A stretch of DNA of 64,000 bases from Patescibacteria group bacterium. GTDB lineage: Bacteria > Patescibacteriota > Minisyncoccia > Phycocordibacterales > UBA9973. A program made the position numbers and the translations under genes. The stretch spans positions 95,942 to 159,941 of the forward strand of contig JAZKBO010000002.1 in the NCBI GenBank assembly GCA_040388575.1, given 5' to 3'. The number at the start of each line of letters is the position of its first letter. The first letter of the stretch is position 1. The notes under the pieces were generated by a model, which saw only the letters and a list, made by a program, of their open reading frames with translations, did not search any database and had not been told where the DNA came from. This document shows positions 17,568-27,595 of this stretch, piece after piece.

Positions 17568-18715
17568 TATATTGAAATACTTTCTCTGGCTTCTAAAGCT
17601 ATCCCTTCAGCCTCATCAGTAGTACCTGCCAATACTGTTATGTGGCCCATTTTTCTCTCTGGCCGCGTTTCCATCTTACCATAAATATGAACTGAAATAC
17701 CACTCAACTTTTCAGCACTCTCGAGTCCTTTTATTTGGACAGGGCCGCTCCTTTCGCCCAGAATATTTATCATAACAGCGGATGAAATTTGCTCAATATC
17801 AAGTATTGGTAGCTCAGCTATGGCGCGGATATGCTGTTCAAATTGGGAAACATTAAATGCTTCAATGGTGTGATGTCCAGAGTTATGGACTCGGGGTGCG
17901 ATTTCATTAACTAAAACTTCATTGTCTTTTGTTAAAAACATTTCAACTGCAAAAACTCCCACCCCTCCCAATTTATTCAGAGTTCTGCCCGCTAGTTCGT
18001 GGGCTTTATCAGCAACTTTCTTGGAGACATTAGCTGGTGAACGCACGATATGGCATATATTATTTTTATGCACAGTTTCAACCACAGGGTACGAAACTAT
18101 TTTACCAAAGACGTCGCGTGCAGACACAACGGAAAGTTCTTTTATAAATGGTACGAACTTTTCAGCGTAAAGTGGGCTTTTCGAAAGCTTTGCAAATGCA
18201 GTGGTAATTTCAGCCTCATTTTTTATTAATACGTTCCCTCTGCCATCATATGCGTCGAACCTGGCTTTAAGAAAGTAGGGATAACCGAATAATTTACCTT
18301 GTTCGATGCAATCTTCTTCGTTATTAATTAGTGCAAAATTTGCTACTGGTATTAAATTCTTTTCAAGAAATGCTTTTTGGGAAAATTTATCTTTAATAAT
18401 TTTTAATATATTAGGATCGGGGTTGACTGGTTTACCACTTTTTATAATTTCAAAGAGAGCTTCTTCGTTAATTCCTTCTAGCTCAACAGTTAAATAATCA
18501 GACTCCACCGCAAGTTCTAAAATTTTATCTTTATCCTTAAAGCTACCGAGGATCTGTTTATTTGCTACCTGTCCTCCAGGAGAATTCGGCGTTGGGTCGA
18601 GAACTATAACCTTGAAGCCCAGCCTGTGTGCAGCATTAGTGAGCATTCTGCCTAATTGTCCGCCGCCAACTATACCTATCGTTTTTTTATCGTTGGGCAT
18701 GATTAATTCTTGCAT
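17567..18715 (-). CDS. purK: N5-carboxyaminoimidazole ribonucleotide synthetase (ATP-grasp)
   Basis: N-terminal [13 protein letters not shown] and an ATP-grasp fold pattern. Its stop overlaps the purE start (ATGA-type). Confidence 0.85.
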   Translation of the reverse strand: MQELIMPNDKKTIGIVGGGQLGRMLTNAAHRLGFKVIVLDPTPNSPGGQVANKQILGSFKDKDKILELAVESDYLTVELEGINEEALFEIIKSGKPVNPDPNILKIIKDKFSQKAFLEKNLIPVANFALINNEEDCIEQGKLFGYPYFLKARFDAYDGRGNVLIKNEAEITTAFAKLSKSPLYAEKFVPFIKELSVVSARDVFGKIVSYPVVETVHKNNICHIVRSPANVSKKVADKAHELAGRTLNKLGGVGVFAVEMFLTKDNEVLVNEIAPRVHNSGHHTIEAFNVSQFEQHIRAIAELPILDIEQISSAVMINILGERSGPVQIKGLESAEKLSGISVHIYGKMETRPERKMGHITVLAGTTDEAEGIALEARESISI

Positions 18716-18773
18716 TTTTGTTAAATAAAAACAATTGACGGGAGCCCCTTCTCGGAGCCCCCGTCGTGTGTAT

Positions 18774-19100
18774 CTATATTGCTGGAACAGCCGGTTTGCT
18801 GCGCCGACTGCTTCCTCTGGGGTATGGTACGTCGAGTGGTGCTTTTCGTACCCGATTTAACACCAATACGGCGATGACCCCAGCGGAAAGAACGACTATA
18901 GTTGAGCCGATGATCCCTACAACAGGGCTCAGACCACCAAAGGCTCCGCCGAGGAAAGCCCCGATCAGCGTTAGCGCGTAGCTGAATGGACAGAAAGCGG
19001 CCCCACCATTTTTACACGGTATGCCCGCCTCTTGCACCTCATGCACCCAGATCGAAATAGTGAATCCAATGAAAGCGCCCCATAAGGCACTTACCAACAT
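18774..19100 (-). CDS. GC-rich small membrane protein (likely TTG start preceded by GGAGGTG SD) inserted inside purine operon
   Basis: Gly/Ala-rich hydrophobic protein (..GAFLGGAFGGLSPVVGIIGSTIVVLSAGVIAVLVL..). The local GC is far above the surrounding sequence. The SD 'GGAGGTGCCC' sits 5 nt before TTG. The ORF-track N-terminus (MYYHIWRCPLGA) probably reads through the RBS. Confidence 0.4.
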   Translation of the reverse strand: MLVSALWGAFIGFTISIWVHEVQEAGIPCKNGGAAFCPFSYALTLIGAFLGGAFGGLSPVVGIIGSTIVVLSAGVIAVLVLNRVRKAPLDVPYPRGSSRRSKPAVPAI

Positions 19101-19156
19101 TGCGCCCAAGGGGCACCTCCAAATATGATAATACAATATTAACCTATCTAGTCAAT

Positions 19157-20452
19157 CTACCTTTCCAAGCCTAAAGCCTTCTGACCAATATCTTTTCGGA
19201 ATTGCATTCCTTCGAAATGTATTTTTGAAATTGCTTCGTAAGAGGTACTAAGTGCCTTCTTTAAGGTGAGACCAGTTGCTGAAACGCCCAGCACACGCCC
19301 ACCGTTGGTAACTAAGTTCTTCTTTTCATCTAGCGTAGTTCCTGAATGGAATATAACAATGTTGCCATTCCTTTGAGCTTCTTCTAGGCCAGTAACCACT
19401 TTACCTTTTTCATATTTATTCGGGTAGCCACCTGAGGCTAGTGCAATATTGCAGGCAAATTCATTTTTCCATCCGATATTTAAATTATTTAAAGTGCCAT
19501 CGATTGAGGCGTCAATTATGTCTAGGAAGTCAGTTTCAAGTATCCGCATATAAGTTTGAGTTTCCGGATCACCAAAGCGAGAATTGAATTCGAAAACCTT
19601 TGGTCCGTCTAAAGTTATCATTATGCCAGGATACAAACACCCTTTAAACTCTCTTCCCTCCTCCCTCATACCTTTTATCGTCGGAGTAATAATCTCTTTT
19701 TCTATCAAATTCATCATACTGGGCATAATAAAAGATAATGGCGCAATTGTTCCCATCCCTCCGGTGTTAGGCCCAATATCTCCATCTAGAATCCTTTTGT
19801 GATCTTGGGACGCAGGAAAAATCTTGTAATTTGTGCCATCTGAAATTGCATGAATAGATATTTCAATTCCTGCAAGATATTCCTCAATAATTACTTCGTT
19901 GCCCGCAGAGCCGAAAACTTTATCAACTAAAATTTTATGGAGCGCATTGATAGCTTCCTCCTTGCTCTGCGCAACTGTAACGCCCTTACCTAGCGCCAAC
20001 CCACTCGCCTTAATTACTACAGGCACTGGGCCCTTTTCTACATAAGCTTTTGCCCCTTCAAAATCAGTGAAAACTTGGTGCCTAGCAGTGGGTAAATGGT
20101 GGCGGGTCATGAAGTCTTTAGCGTACGCCTTGGACCATTCAAGCTCACTGGCCGCCTTAGTTGGCCCCCAGACGCGCATATCGAACGCTGTAAATGCATC
20201 TACCACGCCTGCTGCCAGCGCATCGTCAGATACAACCAGGGTTAGGTCCACGCCTTCACTCTTAGCAAAGCCTAGTAAGGCCGGCGTATCAGTTTCTTTA
20301 ATGTCTAAATTTGTGCCTATTTGTGCTGTACCAGCATTACCTCTAGCAAAAAATAATTTCCCCGCTCTTTCTGACTGAGCAATTTTCCAGCCTAAGGCGT
20401 GCTCTCTGCCACCGCCGGCTCCAATTATTAAAATTTTATTATATTTAATCAT
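19157..20452 (-). CDS. purD: Phosphoribosylamine--glycine ligase (GAR synthetase)
   Basis: N-terminal ILIIGAGGGREHALGWK and the ATP-grasp pattern. Confidence 0.9.
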   Translation of the reverse strand: MIKYNKILIIGAGGGREHALGWKIAQSERAGKLFFARGNAGTAQIGTNLDIKETDTPALLGFAKSEGVDLTLVVSDDALAAGVVDAFTAFDMRVWGPTKAASELEWSKAYAKDFMTRHHLPTARHQVFTDFEGAKAYVEKGPVPVVIKASGLALGKGVTVAQSKEEAINALHKILVDKVFGSAGNEVIIEEYLAGIEISIHAISDGTNYKIFPASQDHKRILDGDIGPNTGGMGTIAPLSFIMPSMMNLIEKEIITPTIKGMREEGREFKGCLYPGIMITLDGPKVFEFNSRFGDPETQTYMRILETDFLDIIDASIDGTLNNLNIGWKNEFACNIALASGGYPNKYEKGKVVTGLEEAQRNGNIVIFHSGTTLDEKKNLVTNGGRVLGVSATGLTLKKALSTSYEAISKIHFEGMQFRKDIGQKALGLER

Positions 20453-21071
20453 CTATATTTGTTAATTTCTCAAGAACCTCTATATATAACTGATTTTCCT
20501 TTTTCTTTAAGCGTGAATATAGCGATTCTACGTTATCATGTTCATCCACTGCCTCAAATGTTCTACCTAACACTGGCCCGAAGTCAAAATTTTGGGTTAA
20601 AAAGTGTATTGACGACCCTGCATAAGTAGATTCTTTATCCAAAAAATTCTGGATAGCCTTATCAGTGAGCATGCCTTTATTCCACAAGGCTTCTGTGCCA
20701 TCAGGATTCTTTACTTTTCCATCCACCGAATCAGGAATAAGCCCAGGGTGGAGGTTTAAGATTTTATTTGGATACGCCTCAATAACCGAGTTTACGATAA
20801 TCTGCTTCCAGCCAGCAAGGCATATAAAATCAGGACTAATTTTTTGGAGGAGCGGTAGGAGCTCATCCTTGTATTTGCAAATTTCAATATTCAAACCATG
20901 TTTTCTCGCTCGCTCTAGGCCGAGAGCGGCTGGAGTATCTGAAATAACCGCTGAAATCTCAGCATTTATTTTATTAGCCTCGACCGCATCAATAATAGCC
21001 TGCAAATTAGTGCCTGTGCCAGCATCAGAAATAAGAACCGCGAGTTTCAATTTATTCTTTCGCAACATCAT
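20445..21071 (-). CDS. purN: Phosphoribosylglycinamide formyltransferase
   Basis: KLAVLISDAGTGTNLQAII and NLHPGLIP (PurN N-x-HPSLLP motif). Confidence 0.85.
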   Translation of the reverse strand: MMLRKNKLKLAVLISDAGTGTNLQAIIDAVEANKINAEISAVISDTPAALGLERARKHGLNIEICKYKDELLPLLQKISPDFICLAGWKQIIVNSVIEAYPNKILNLHPGLIPDSVDGKVKNPDGTEALWNKGMLTDKAIQNFLDKESTYAGSSIHFLTQNFDFGPVLGRTFEAVDEHDNVESLYSRLKKKENQLYIEVLEKLTNIDD

Positions 21072-22464
21072 AGCTTACCTCCCCTTTTCTTTCTTTTAAA
21101 TCGATAGGATATTCTCCGGTAAAAAATGACGTGCATAAATGATCCTTTGGGATACCAATAGACTCAACCATCCCGTCTAGGGATAGATATTTAAGAGATG
21201 TAGCACCTAAATATTGCCGGATCTCCTCCACAGTTTTGTGGGATGCAATTAATTCATCTTGTGTAGGAGTGTCGATACCGTAAAAATCAGGGAAACGCAC
21301 TGGTGGCGAGGAAATTAATAGATGCACTTCCTTAGCGCCATTTTTAAATAATGATTCTACGAGTTTACGTGAGGTGTGGCCACGGACGATGGAGTCGTCA
21401 ATTACTGCAATTCTTTTACCTGTTAAAATTTCAGGCAAAGGTACCAGTTTTAAGGCCACGCTGTGTCGGCGGGATTCTTGGCTAGGTTCGATGAACGTGC
21501 GATGCACGTATCTATTCTTAACTAGTGCTAGCTCGAGTGGTATTCCAGATTCCTGAGAAAATCCAATAGCCACTGGCATGGCAGTGTCTGGTACTGGCAC
21601 AACCGCATCAACTTTTAAACCCTTACACTCACGTGCGAGGGCTCTGCCGAAATTTTTCCTAACATCATAAATGAGCTTGCCATTTTGGACGCTATCGGGT
21701 CGAGCAAAATAAACATATTCGAAAATATCATGCTTTGGTGTGGCTGGAGCAAGGTTCATGCATTTAAGTCCATCCTCATTTATTACAAGCATTTCACCAG
21801 GCAGAACTTCCTGGATAAAAGTAGCCCCGATAGTTTTAAGTGCGCAAGTTTCCGATGCTACAACAAAACCATCATCATTCTCACCGATACTGCCTAGACA
21901 AAGTGGCCGCATACCATAGGAGTCTCTAACAGCAACTAAAGTATCTTCAGTCATCATTACTAGGGCAAAGGCTCCAGTTAGAAGTGGAAAAACTTTTTCA
22001 ACTGCTTGGGCGAGCTTGTCACCCTTCTTAAGATACACATCCACTGCATCTAGAATAAGTTCAGAATCACTGCGATCCTCCTTAAGCGCATTATTTGTTT
22101 TAAGAAAATCTTGAAGTGAAGTTACAGAAGGCAAATTGCCATTATGAGCCAATGCAAAAGTCTCGGTATCATTTAGTACTGGTTGCGCATGAGCAAGCGC
22201 CCCGCCACCTGAAGTTGAATACCTGTTATGGCCGATAGCAATATTACCATGGAGCATGTTAATATTTTCCTCTGTATAAACTTGGGAAACCAGGCCTACT
22301 CCTTTATGTGTTAAGAGCTTAGTGCCGTCATTGGTAGTGATGCCAGAGGCTTCTTGTCCGCGATGTTGGAGGGCAAAGAGAGCAAAAAATGCTAGGCGCG
22401 AAACTGGCAACTTATTGCCCCCATATATTCCTACGATTCCACATTTTTCTTTCAATTCACTCAT
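21052..22464 (-). CDS. purF: Amidophosphoribosyltransferase
   Basis: N-terminal nucleophile MSELKEKCGIVGIYG and a PRTase domain (VIDDSIVRGHTS). Confidence 0.9.
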   Translation of the reverse strand: MSELKEKCGIVGIYGGNKLPVSRLAFFALFALQHRGQEASGITTNDGTKLLTHKGVGLVSQVYTEENINMLHGNIAIGHNRYSTSGGGALAHAQPVLNDTETFALAHNGNLPSVTSLQDFLKTNNALKEDRSDSELILDAVDVYLKKGDKLAQAVEKVFPLLTGAFALVMMTEDTLVAVRDSYGMRPLCLGSIGENDDGFVVASETCALKTIGATFIQEVLPGEMLVINEDGLKCMNLAPATPKHDIFEYVYFARPDSVQNGKLIYDVRKNFGRALARECKGLKVDAVVPVPDTAMPVAIGFSQESGIPLELALVKNRYVHRTFIEPSQESRRHSVALKLVPLPEILTGKRIAVIDDSIVRGHTSRKLVESLFKNGAKEVHLLISSPPVRFPDFYGIDTPTQDELIASHKTVEEIRQYLGATSLKYLSLDGMVESIGIPKDHLCTSFFTGEYPIDLKERKGEVSYDVAKE

Positions 22465-22465
22465 A

Positions 22466-23236
22466 CTAATTTTTATTTCGAAAGTAATTTATTGCGTTTT
22501 TAAAAATCAAAATTCCATCTCCCCATTCGGATGTAATCATTTTTTTATTCTTCTGCCACATTGGACTCTGGTGAGAGAACATTGCTCTCTCCGGATGCGG
22601 CATGAGCCCTAGTACTCTACCATTATAAGCCAATACTCCTGCAATGTCATGCATAGAGCCATTTGGATTTGCTTTAAGGTTCTGGAACTTACATATATTA
22701 CCTTTCGTGTAAGTAAATGCAATTTGCTTATTCTTTTTTAGGTTTTTATAGTCCTTCGCGCTAATTGTATATTGACCCTCACCATGAGCAATTGGAACCG
22801 AAATTGTTTTGATGCCAGTTAACCACGGACTCTTTCCTTCAACCTTGAGGTCCACCCAGCGGTCGAGGTACTTTCCTCCGCTATTGAATGTCAGCGCACC
22901 TGGTAGTATGCCTAAACTTGTAGTAATTTGAAAGCCATTACAGATACCAATAACCAAAGTATCACGTGTAAGGAATTCCGTAAGTTCTTTTGAAAGGTGA
23001 TTTTTAAATTTATTAGCATAAGCCTTGCCGCTACCTGTGTCATCACCATACGCAAAGCCGCCAGGAAAAGCGAGGATGTCATACTCCTTTAAAATGGCTG
23101 GGCTAGCAATTAAATCATTTAAGTGGACAATGTCAGCCTGTCCACCAGCCTTTTCAAATGCGAACTTCGTCTCCTCCTCGCAGTTGAGGCCGTAGCCTGA
23201 CATTATTATTATTTTGGGTTTCCTATTTAACTTCAT
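22466..23236 (-). CDS. purQ: FGAM synthase glutamine amidotransferase subunit
   Basis: Class I GATase triad context (GICNGFQ ... HGEG / PHPE). Adjacent to purL. Confidence 0.8.
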   Translation of the reverse strand: MKLNRKPKIIIMSGYGLNCEEETKFAFEKAGGQADIVHLNDLIASPAILKEYDILAFPGGFAYGDDTGSGKAYANKFKNHLSKELTEFLTRDTLVIGICNGFQITTSLGILPGALTFNSGGKYLDRWVDLKVEGKSPWLTGIKTISVPIAHGEGQYTISAKDYKNLKKNKQIAFTYTKGNICKFQNLKANPNGSMHDIAGVLAYNGRVLGLMPHPERAMFSHQSPMWQKNKKMITSEWGDGILIFKNAINYFRNKN

Positions 23237-26181
23237 TTCATTGATTCGGAAAATTTATGATAAAGTCCGTGTAATTTTTTAATATTAGTATCCACAACTT
23301 TATTTTTACCAGATGAAATACTAACCTTGCCGTCTTTTGAGACTGTGCCTAGTCTATTGAAAGCTATTCCGGTTATTAATTTTTCAAATTTCTTTATATT
23401 TTGGGGACTTACAGATACTAAAATTCTACCTTGTGACTCGGAAAATAATTTCACATCAATACTTGAGTCCCCTTCTAAATTTATCTTGGTGCCCAACATC
23501 CCACCCACACAAGCCTTAGCAATAGCTATCCCTAGCCCACCTGAGGTAACTGAGAGGGAAGATTCTATTAAGTTGTGTTCGATTGCATCCTCTAGAGCTT
23601 TATATGTTTTAAGATTTTTCTTGTAATCAACCTTTGGCACATTGCTTCCCAAAGACCCTAACATCTTGAAATATTCCGAGGCACCAAGTTCATCCTTAGT
23701 CTCACCTAATAAATAAACAATGTCGCCAGGGCTTTTAAATTCAGGCGAAATAGTTTTATGCAAATCTGGCATCACGCTGATTGCGCTGATAAGAAGTGTG
23801 GGTGGGATGGAGATTTTAATAGGTTTACCCTTTTCATTAAATCCGGAAAAGTCATTAAACATACTATCTTTACCTGAAATAAATGGGGTGCCGTAGGCCA
23901 CAGCAGCATCGTAACAGGCCTTGAGTGAGTCCAAGAGCTCAGCCAAGCGCTTCTTGTCATAGGAAGAGCACCAGCAGAAGTTATCTAAGATCGCTAGATG
24001 TGAGAGTTTGGCCCCAGCAGCAACGGCATTACGCACAGCAGTATCGAGGGATCCCGCGGCCATATCATAAGTATTAATATCAGAGTATGAAGGAAATAAG
24101 GCGGCGGAAATAACTACACCTTTATTCGAGCTTAGTACCGGTTTGAAAACTTGAGCATCAGTATTAATTCGCCCTGGGCCAGAAAGTGGTTTTAATACAG
24201 AAGATGCCTGGACCTCGTGGTCATATTGCTCTGATACGAATGAGTAGCTCCCAATGTTATTATTGCTCAATAAATCCTCTAAAACCTTTGTCCTGGAAAT
24301 GCCTTTTGGTAATTTCGGATCAGGATAAGAGTAAAGATATGGGGTAGTTTGTAAATGTTTCTTGGGATAACCGTTATGTAAGAAATCGAGCTCCATATCC
24401 ATGATGTTTTTTCCTCCATATGAAACTATACATTTACCCGAGTCTGTAAATTCTCCGATTACTGTGGCTTCTACACCTCGCCTCTTCATGAGGGTATTAA
24501 AGACCTCCCATTTTTTAGGCGGGATTGCGAGAGTCATGCGCTCTTGGGATTCCGAAATCCAAATTTCCCATGGGCGCAGGCCAGGATATTTAAGTGGCAC
24601 TTTCTCCAAATTAACTTTAGCTCCACCGCATTCCTTAGCCATTTCGGCCACCGAGCATGAAATGCCACCAGCACCGTTATCGGTAATGCTATTGTATAAA
24701 TCCATGGCACGAGCCTCCTTAACGATCGCATCACTTAACTTCTTTTGTGTAATTGGGTCACCTATTTGGACTGCAGTGGCAGGAGAATTCGAATCCATAA
24801 CTACGGATGAAAATGTTGCCCCATGAATACCATCGAGGCCTACTCTGCCACCAACTACTACAATATAATCCCCTGGTTTGGCAGATTTTTCGTACGATGG
24901 TTTACCATTTATTTTCGTTGGAATTAGTCCTACTGTACCAGCGAAGACTAATGGCTTGGCTCGGAATCGATCATCAAACTTTATAAATCCCGAAAGCGTT
25001 GGTATTCCAGAACAATTACCGCCAGTATTGATGCCCCTTATCACACCATCCATAATGCGCCTTGGTGAAAGCATTTCCTGCTTGAAATTAGCAGCTTTAT
25101 AGAACTTTCTTTTATCGCTTGGCTGGCCTAAACAAAAGCCATAAGTATTGGCAACAGGCTTGGCCCCGAGCCCAAAGCCAATGCAATCACGATTCACTCC
25201 CACAATCCCTGTGATAGCGCCGCCGTATGGATCGAGTGCCGAGGGGCTGTTATGAGTTTCTACTTTGTGGGTTATTAAATATTCATCATCGAAAGCTATG
25301 CCTCCAGCATTGTCAGAAAATACTGAAACACAGAAGTCATCCTTGCCTTTTTTCATTCGGATAATATTAGTTGCTCCCTTAATATATGTTTTATATAGCC
25401 CTTCCTTCACATCATCTATCGCACTTGCGAAAATAGTATGCTTGCAATGTTCGGACCAGGTTTGAGCTAGGGATTCTAGTTCAATGTCAGTAGGGTCACG
25501 CTGTAGTTTAATAAAGTACTCCCGGATAGTTTTCATGGAATCCAAGTCGAGAGCCAAAGGTCCACGGCGGCCGCCAGTTTCAGGGTCCTGTACGCCTTCA
25601 CGGCCAATACGTACAAGCTCATCATCTGAAACATTAAGGCTAATTTTTATTACTGGAGTATGCTTGCCGAGAATTACCTCTGGAACCTTAAGTGGTAAGT
25701 TTCTTTTTTTTTCGATCTCTTGTGAGCTAGTAATATACGAAGACTCAATCAGTGGATTGTGGAGTGATAGAGCTATTGCTTTAGCATCACTGTTTGTGAT
25801 ATTTCCATTAATTAAAAAAACTTTTGAGGAAAAGACATTAAGATTTGAATTGTGCGGTAAATGTAGGAGGTCAGTAATAGTTTCCTTAACAGTATGGGCA
25901 ACATTGTCAGTGACTCCAGGTTTATAGCCAATTTCGATAAGATAAGTAGATTTCTTCCCACTAGGGATTAGATTGATGGAATACTCCTCCAAAATAGGAT
26001 TAGTTAGAGCTTCCCCGATTTTAATTAATGAGTCATGGCCTAAACTATGCTCAATGAGATACGAATCTATTATCTGAATATTGCTTATTTTACCTTTGAG
26101 CCCCAGGCTCGCCCATGATTTTTTATAGAGTCCCTCTCGTACATCTTTGTTTTTCTGGGCGACGTATACTCGGGAAATCAT
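23233..26181 (-). CDS. purL: Phosphoribosylformylglycinamidine synthase, fused PurS-like N-domain + PurL synthetase domain (982 aa); glutaminase encoded separately
   Basis: Large-PurL-like N-terminal domain and linker, then the SESQERM block and AIR-synthase-related repeats. There is no GATase domain in this ORF, and purQ is adjacent. Confidence 0.85.
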   Translation of the reverse strand: MISRVYVAQKNKDVREGLYKKSWASLGLKGKISNIQIIDSYLIEHSLGHDSLIKIGEALTNPILEEYSINLIPSGKKSTYLIEIGYKPGVTDNVAHTVKETITDLLHLPHNSNLNVFSSKVFLINGNITNSDAKAIALSLHNPLIESSYITSSQEIEKKRNLPLKVPEVILGKHTPVIKISLNVSDDELVRIGREGVQDPETGGRRGPLALDLDSMKTIREYFIKLQRDPTDIELESLAQTWSEHCKHTIFASAIDDVKEGLYKTYIKGATNIIRMKKGKDDFCVSVFSDNAGGIAFDDEYLITHKVETHNSPSALDPYGGAITGIVGVNRDCIGFGLGAKPVANTYGFCLGQPSDKRKFYKAANFKQEMLSPRRIMDGVIRGINTGGNCSGIPTLSGFIKFDDRFRAKPLVFAGTVGLIPTKINGKPSYEKSAKPGDYIVVVGGRVGLDGIHGATFSSVVMDSNSPATAVQIGDPITQKKLSDAIVKEARAMDLYNSITDNGAGGISCSVAEMAKECGGAKVNLEKVPLKYPGLRPWEIWISESQERMTLAIPPKKWEVFNTLMKRRGVEATVIGEFTDSGKCIVSYGGKNIMDMELDFLHNGYPKKHLQTTPYLYSYPDPKLPKGISRTKVLEDLLSNNNIGSYSFVSEQYDHEVQASSVLKPLSGPGRINTDAQVFKPVLSSNKGVVISAALFPSYSDINTYDMAAGSLDTAVRNAVAAGAKLSHLAILDNFCWCSSYDKKRLAELLDSLKACYDAAVAYGTPFISGKDSMFNDFSGFNEKGKPIKISIPPTLLISAISVMPDLHKTISPEFKSPGDIVYLLGETKDELGASEYFKMLGSLGSNVPKVDYKKNLKTYKALEDAIEHNLIESSLSVTSGGLGIAIAKACVGGMLGTKINLEGDSSIDVKLFSESQGRILVSVSPQNIKKFEKLITGIAFNRLGTVSKDGKVSISSGKNKVVDTNIKKLHGLYHKFSESMK

Positions 26182-26206
26182 ATAAGTATAGTATCACTAA
26201 TGGTTT

Positions 26207-27595
26207 CTACTTCCAATAACGCTCTACCACATGATGTTCCTCTGGGCCGGTGCCAACATATATAATTTTCGCTCCCAGATTTTTTTCAAGGAATTTAACA
26301 TAATCTAAGGCTTCCTTGGGTAATTTAGTGTCGTAGTCTGAAAGTCTGCCCTGCCACAATGGAAATATTTTCAAAACGGGTTTAATAGTGACTTTCGAGA
26401 TGTCGAATGGGATTTTAGAAGTTTTTTTACCGTCAATCATATACTCTGTGCAAACTTTTATATTTCTAAATCCTGAAAGGACATCGAGCTTGGTTAAAAC
26501 TAATTCAGTCGCGTTATTCATTTTGATGGCATATTTAAGCAGCGGAATATCCAGCCAGCCTGTACGGCGCAGGCGGCCAGTGGTGGCCCCAATTTCATTA
26601 CCTAATTTTCGGAGTGCTATGCCTTGCTCGAATTCATCTGTACTATTTGGGTCAGGGGTTGGGTAAGCTTTATTTTCATCAAATAATTTTTTATCGCGGC
26701 ACCAAACTGCTGAAACTTGACCGCCGAGCTCGGTAGGAAACGGGCCCTCGCCCACTTTAGTTGTGTATGCCTTCAAAATTCCAATAGCGCCACCTATATA
26801 TGAGGGTGGAATACCGAGCCCAGTGCCTACCCCACTTGAAATGGTGTGGGAAGACGTTACGAATGGGTAATGTCCGAAGCGAATATCAAGAAGTGCTCCC
26901 TGCGCCCCCTCCGCTATAACTTTTCTGCCAGTAGATAGTGCGGCTTCAACAATTTCTGCAGACTCAATTAATTTAATCTTACTTAAAAATTTAATACCTT
27001 TGAAGAAGTGAGCTTCACTCTCCTTTAGTTCACTATCTTTGAGTCTGTAGTCGAAAACCTTCTCTAGGGTTTGCTTATGCTCATTGCGTAGTGCTTGGTA
27101 GTGCTCTTTAAAATCCTTTTGGTAAATGTCCCCAACACGCAATGCCCTACGCAACGTAAGGTCAGTATATGAAGGCGAAATGCCTCTACCAGTTGAGCCT
27201 ATTTTTCTTTTACCTTTAGTCTTTTCAGAAATTGTATCTAAAACAAGGTGGGTAGGAATAGTTAAAATTGCATGGGGTGAAACTGACATTCTACCCAGGA
27301 AGGAAATATTTTTTGGAATTACAGAAGCTTCATTTAATAATGCACCTGGATTGATAACCATACCAGCTCCCAAATGAATTTGTGCTTTACCAAAAACCCC
27401 TGACGGAATGAGATGAAATACATAACATTTCCCTTTGTGCCAAATAGTATGCCCAGCATTGTTGCCACCTTGAAAACGTACAATTAAATCTTGTGCTTTT
27501 AAGCCCGATGCAATACGCGCCACGCCCTTGCCTTTGCCTTCATCGCCCCATTGGAGGCCGATGATCGGTATAATTTTGGATTTAATATTCTTCAT
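26207..27595 (-). CDS. purA: Adenylosuccinate synthetase
   Basis: QWGDEGKGKG P-loop signature and GAQGALLDIRFG. Confidence 0.9.
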   Translation of the reverse strand: MKNIKSKIIPIIGLQWGDEGKGKGVARIASGLKAQDLIVRFQGGNNAGHTIWHKGKCYVFHLIPSGVFGKAQIHLGAGMVINPGALLNEASVIPKNISFLGRMSVSPHAILTIPTHLVLDTISEKTKGKRKIGSTGRGISPSYTDLTLRRALRVGDIYQKDFKEHYQALRNEHKQTLEKVFDYRLKDSELKESEAHFFKGIKFLSKIKLIESAEIVEAALSTGRKVIAEGAQGALLDIRFGHYPFVTSSHTISSGVGTGLGIPPSYIGGAIGILKAYTTKVGEGPFPTELGGQVSAVWCRDKKLFDENKAYPTPDPNSTDEFEQGIALRKLGNEIGATTGRLRRTGWLDIPLLKYAIKMNNATELVLTKLDVLSGFRNIKVCTEYMIDGKKTSKIPFDISKVTIKPVLKIFPLWQGRLSDYDTKLPKEALDYVKFLEKNLGAKIIYVGTGPEEHHVVERYWK

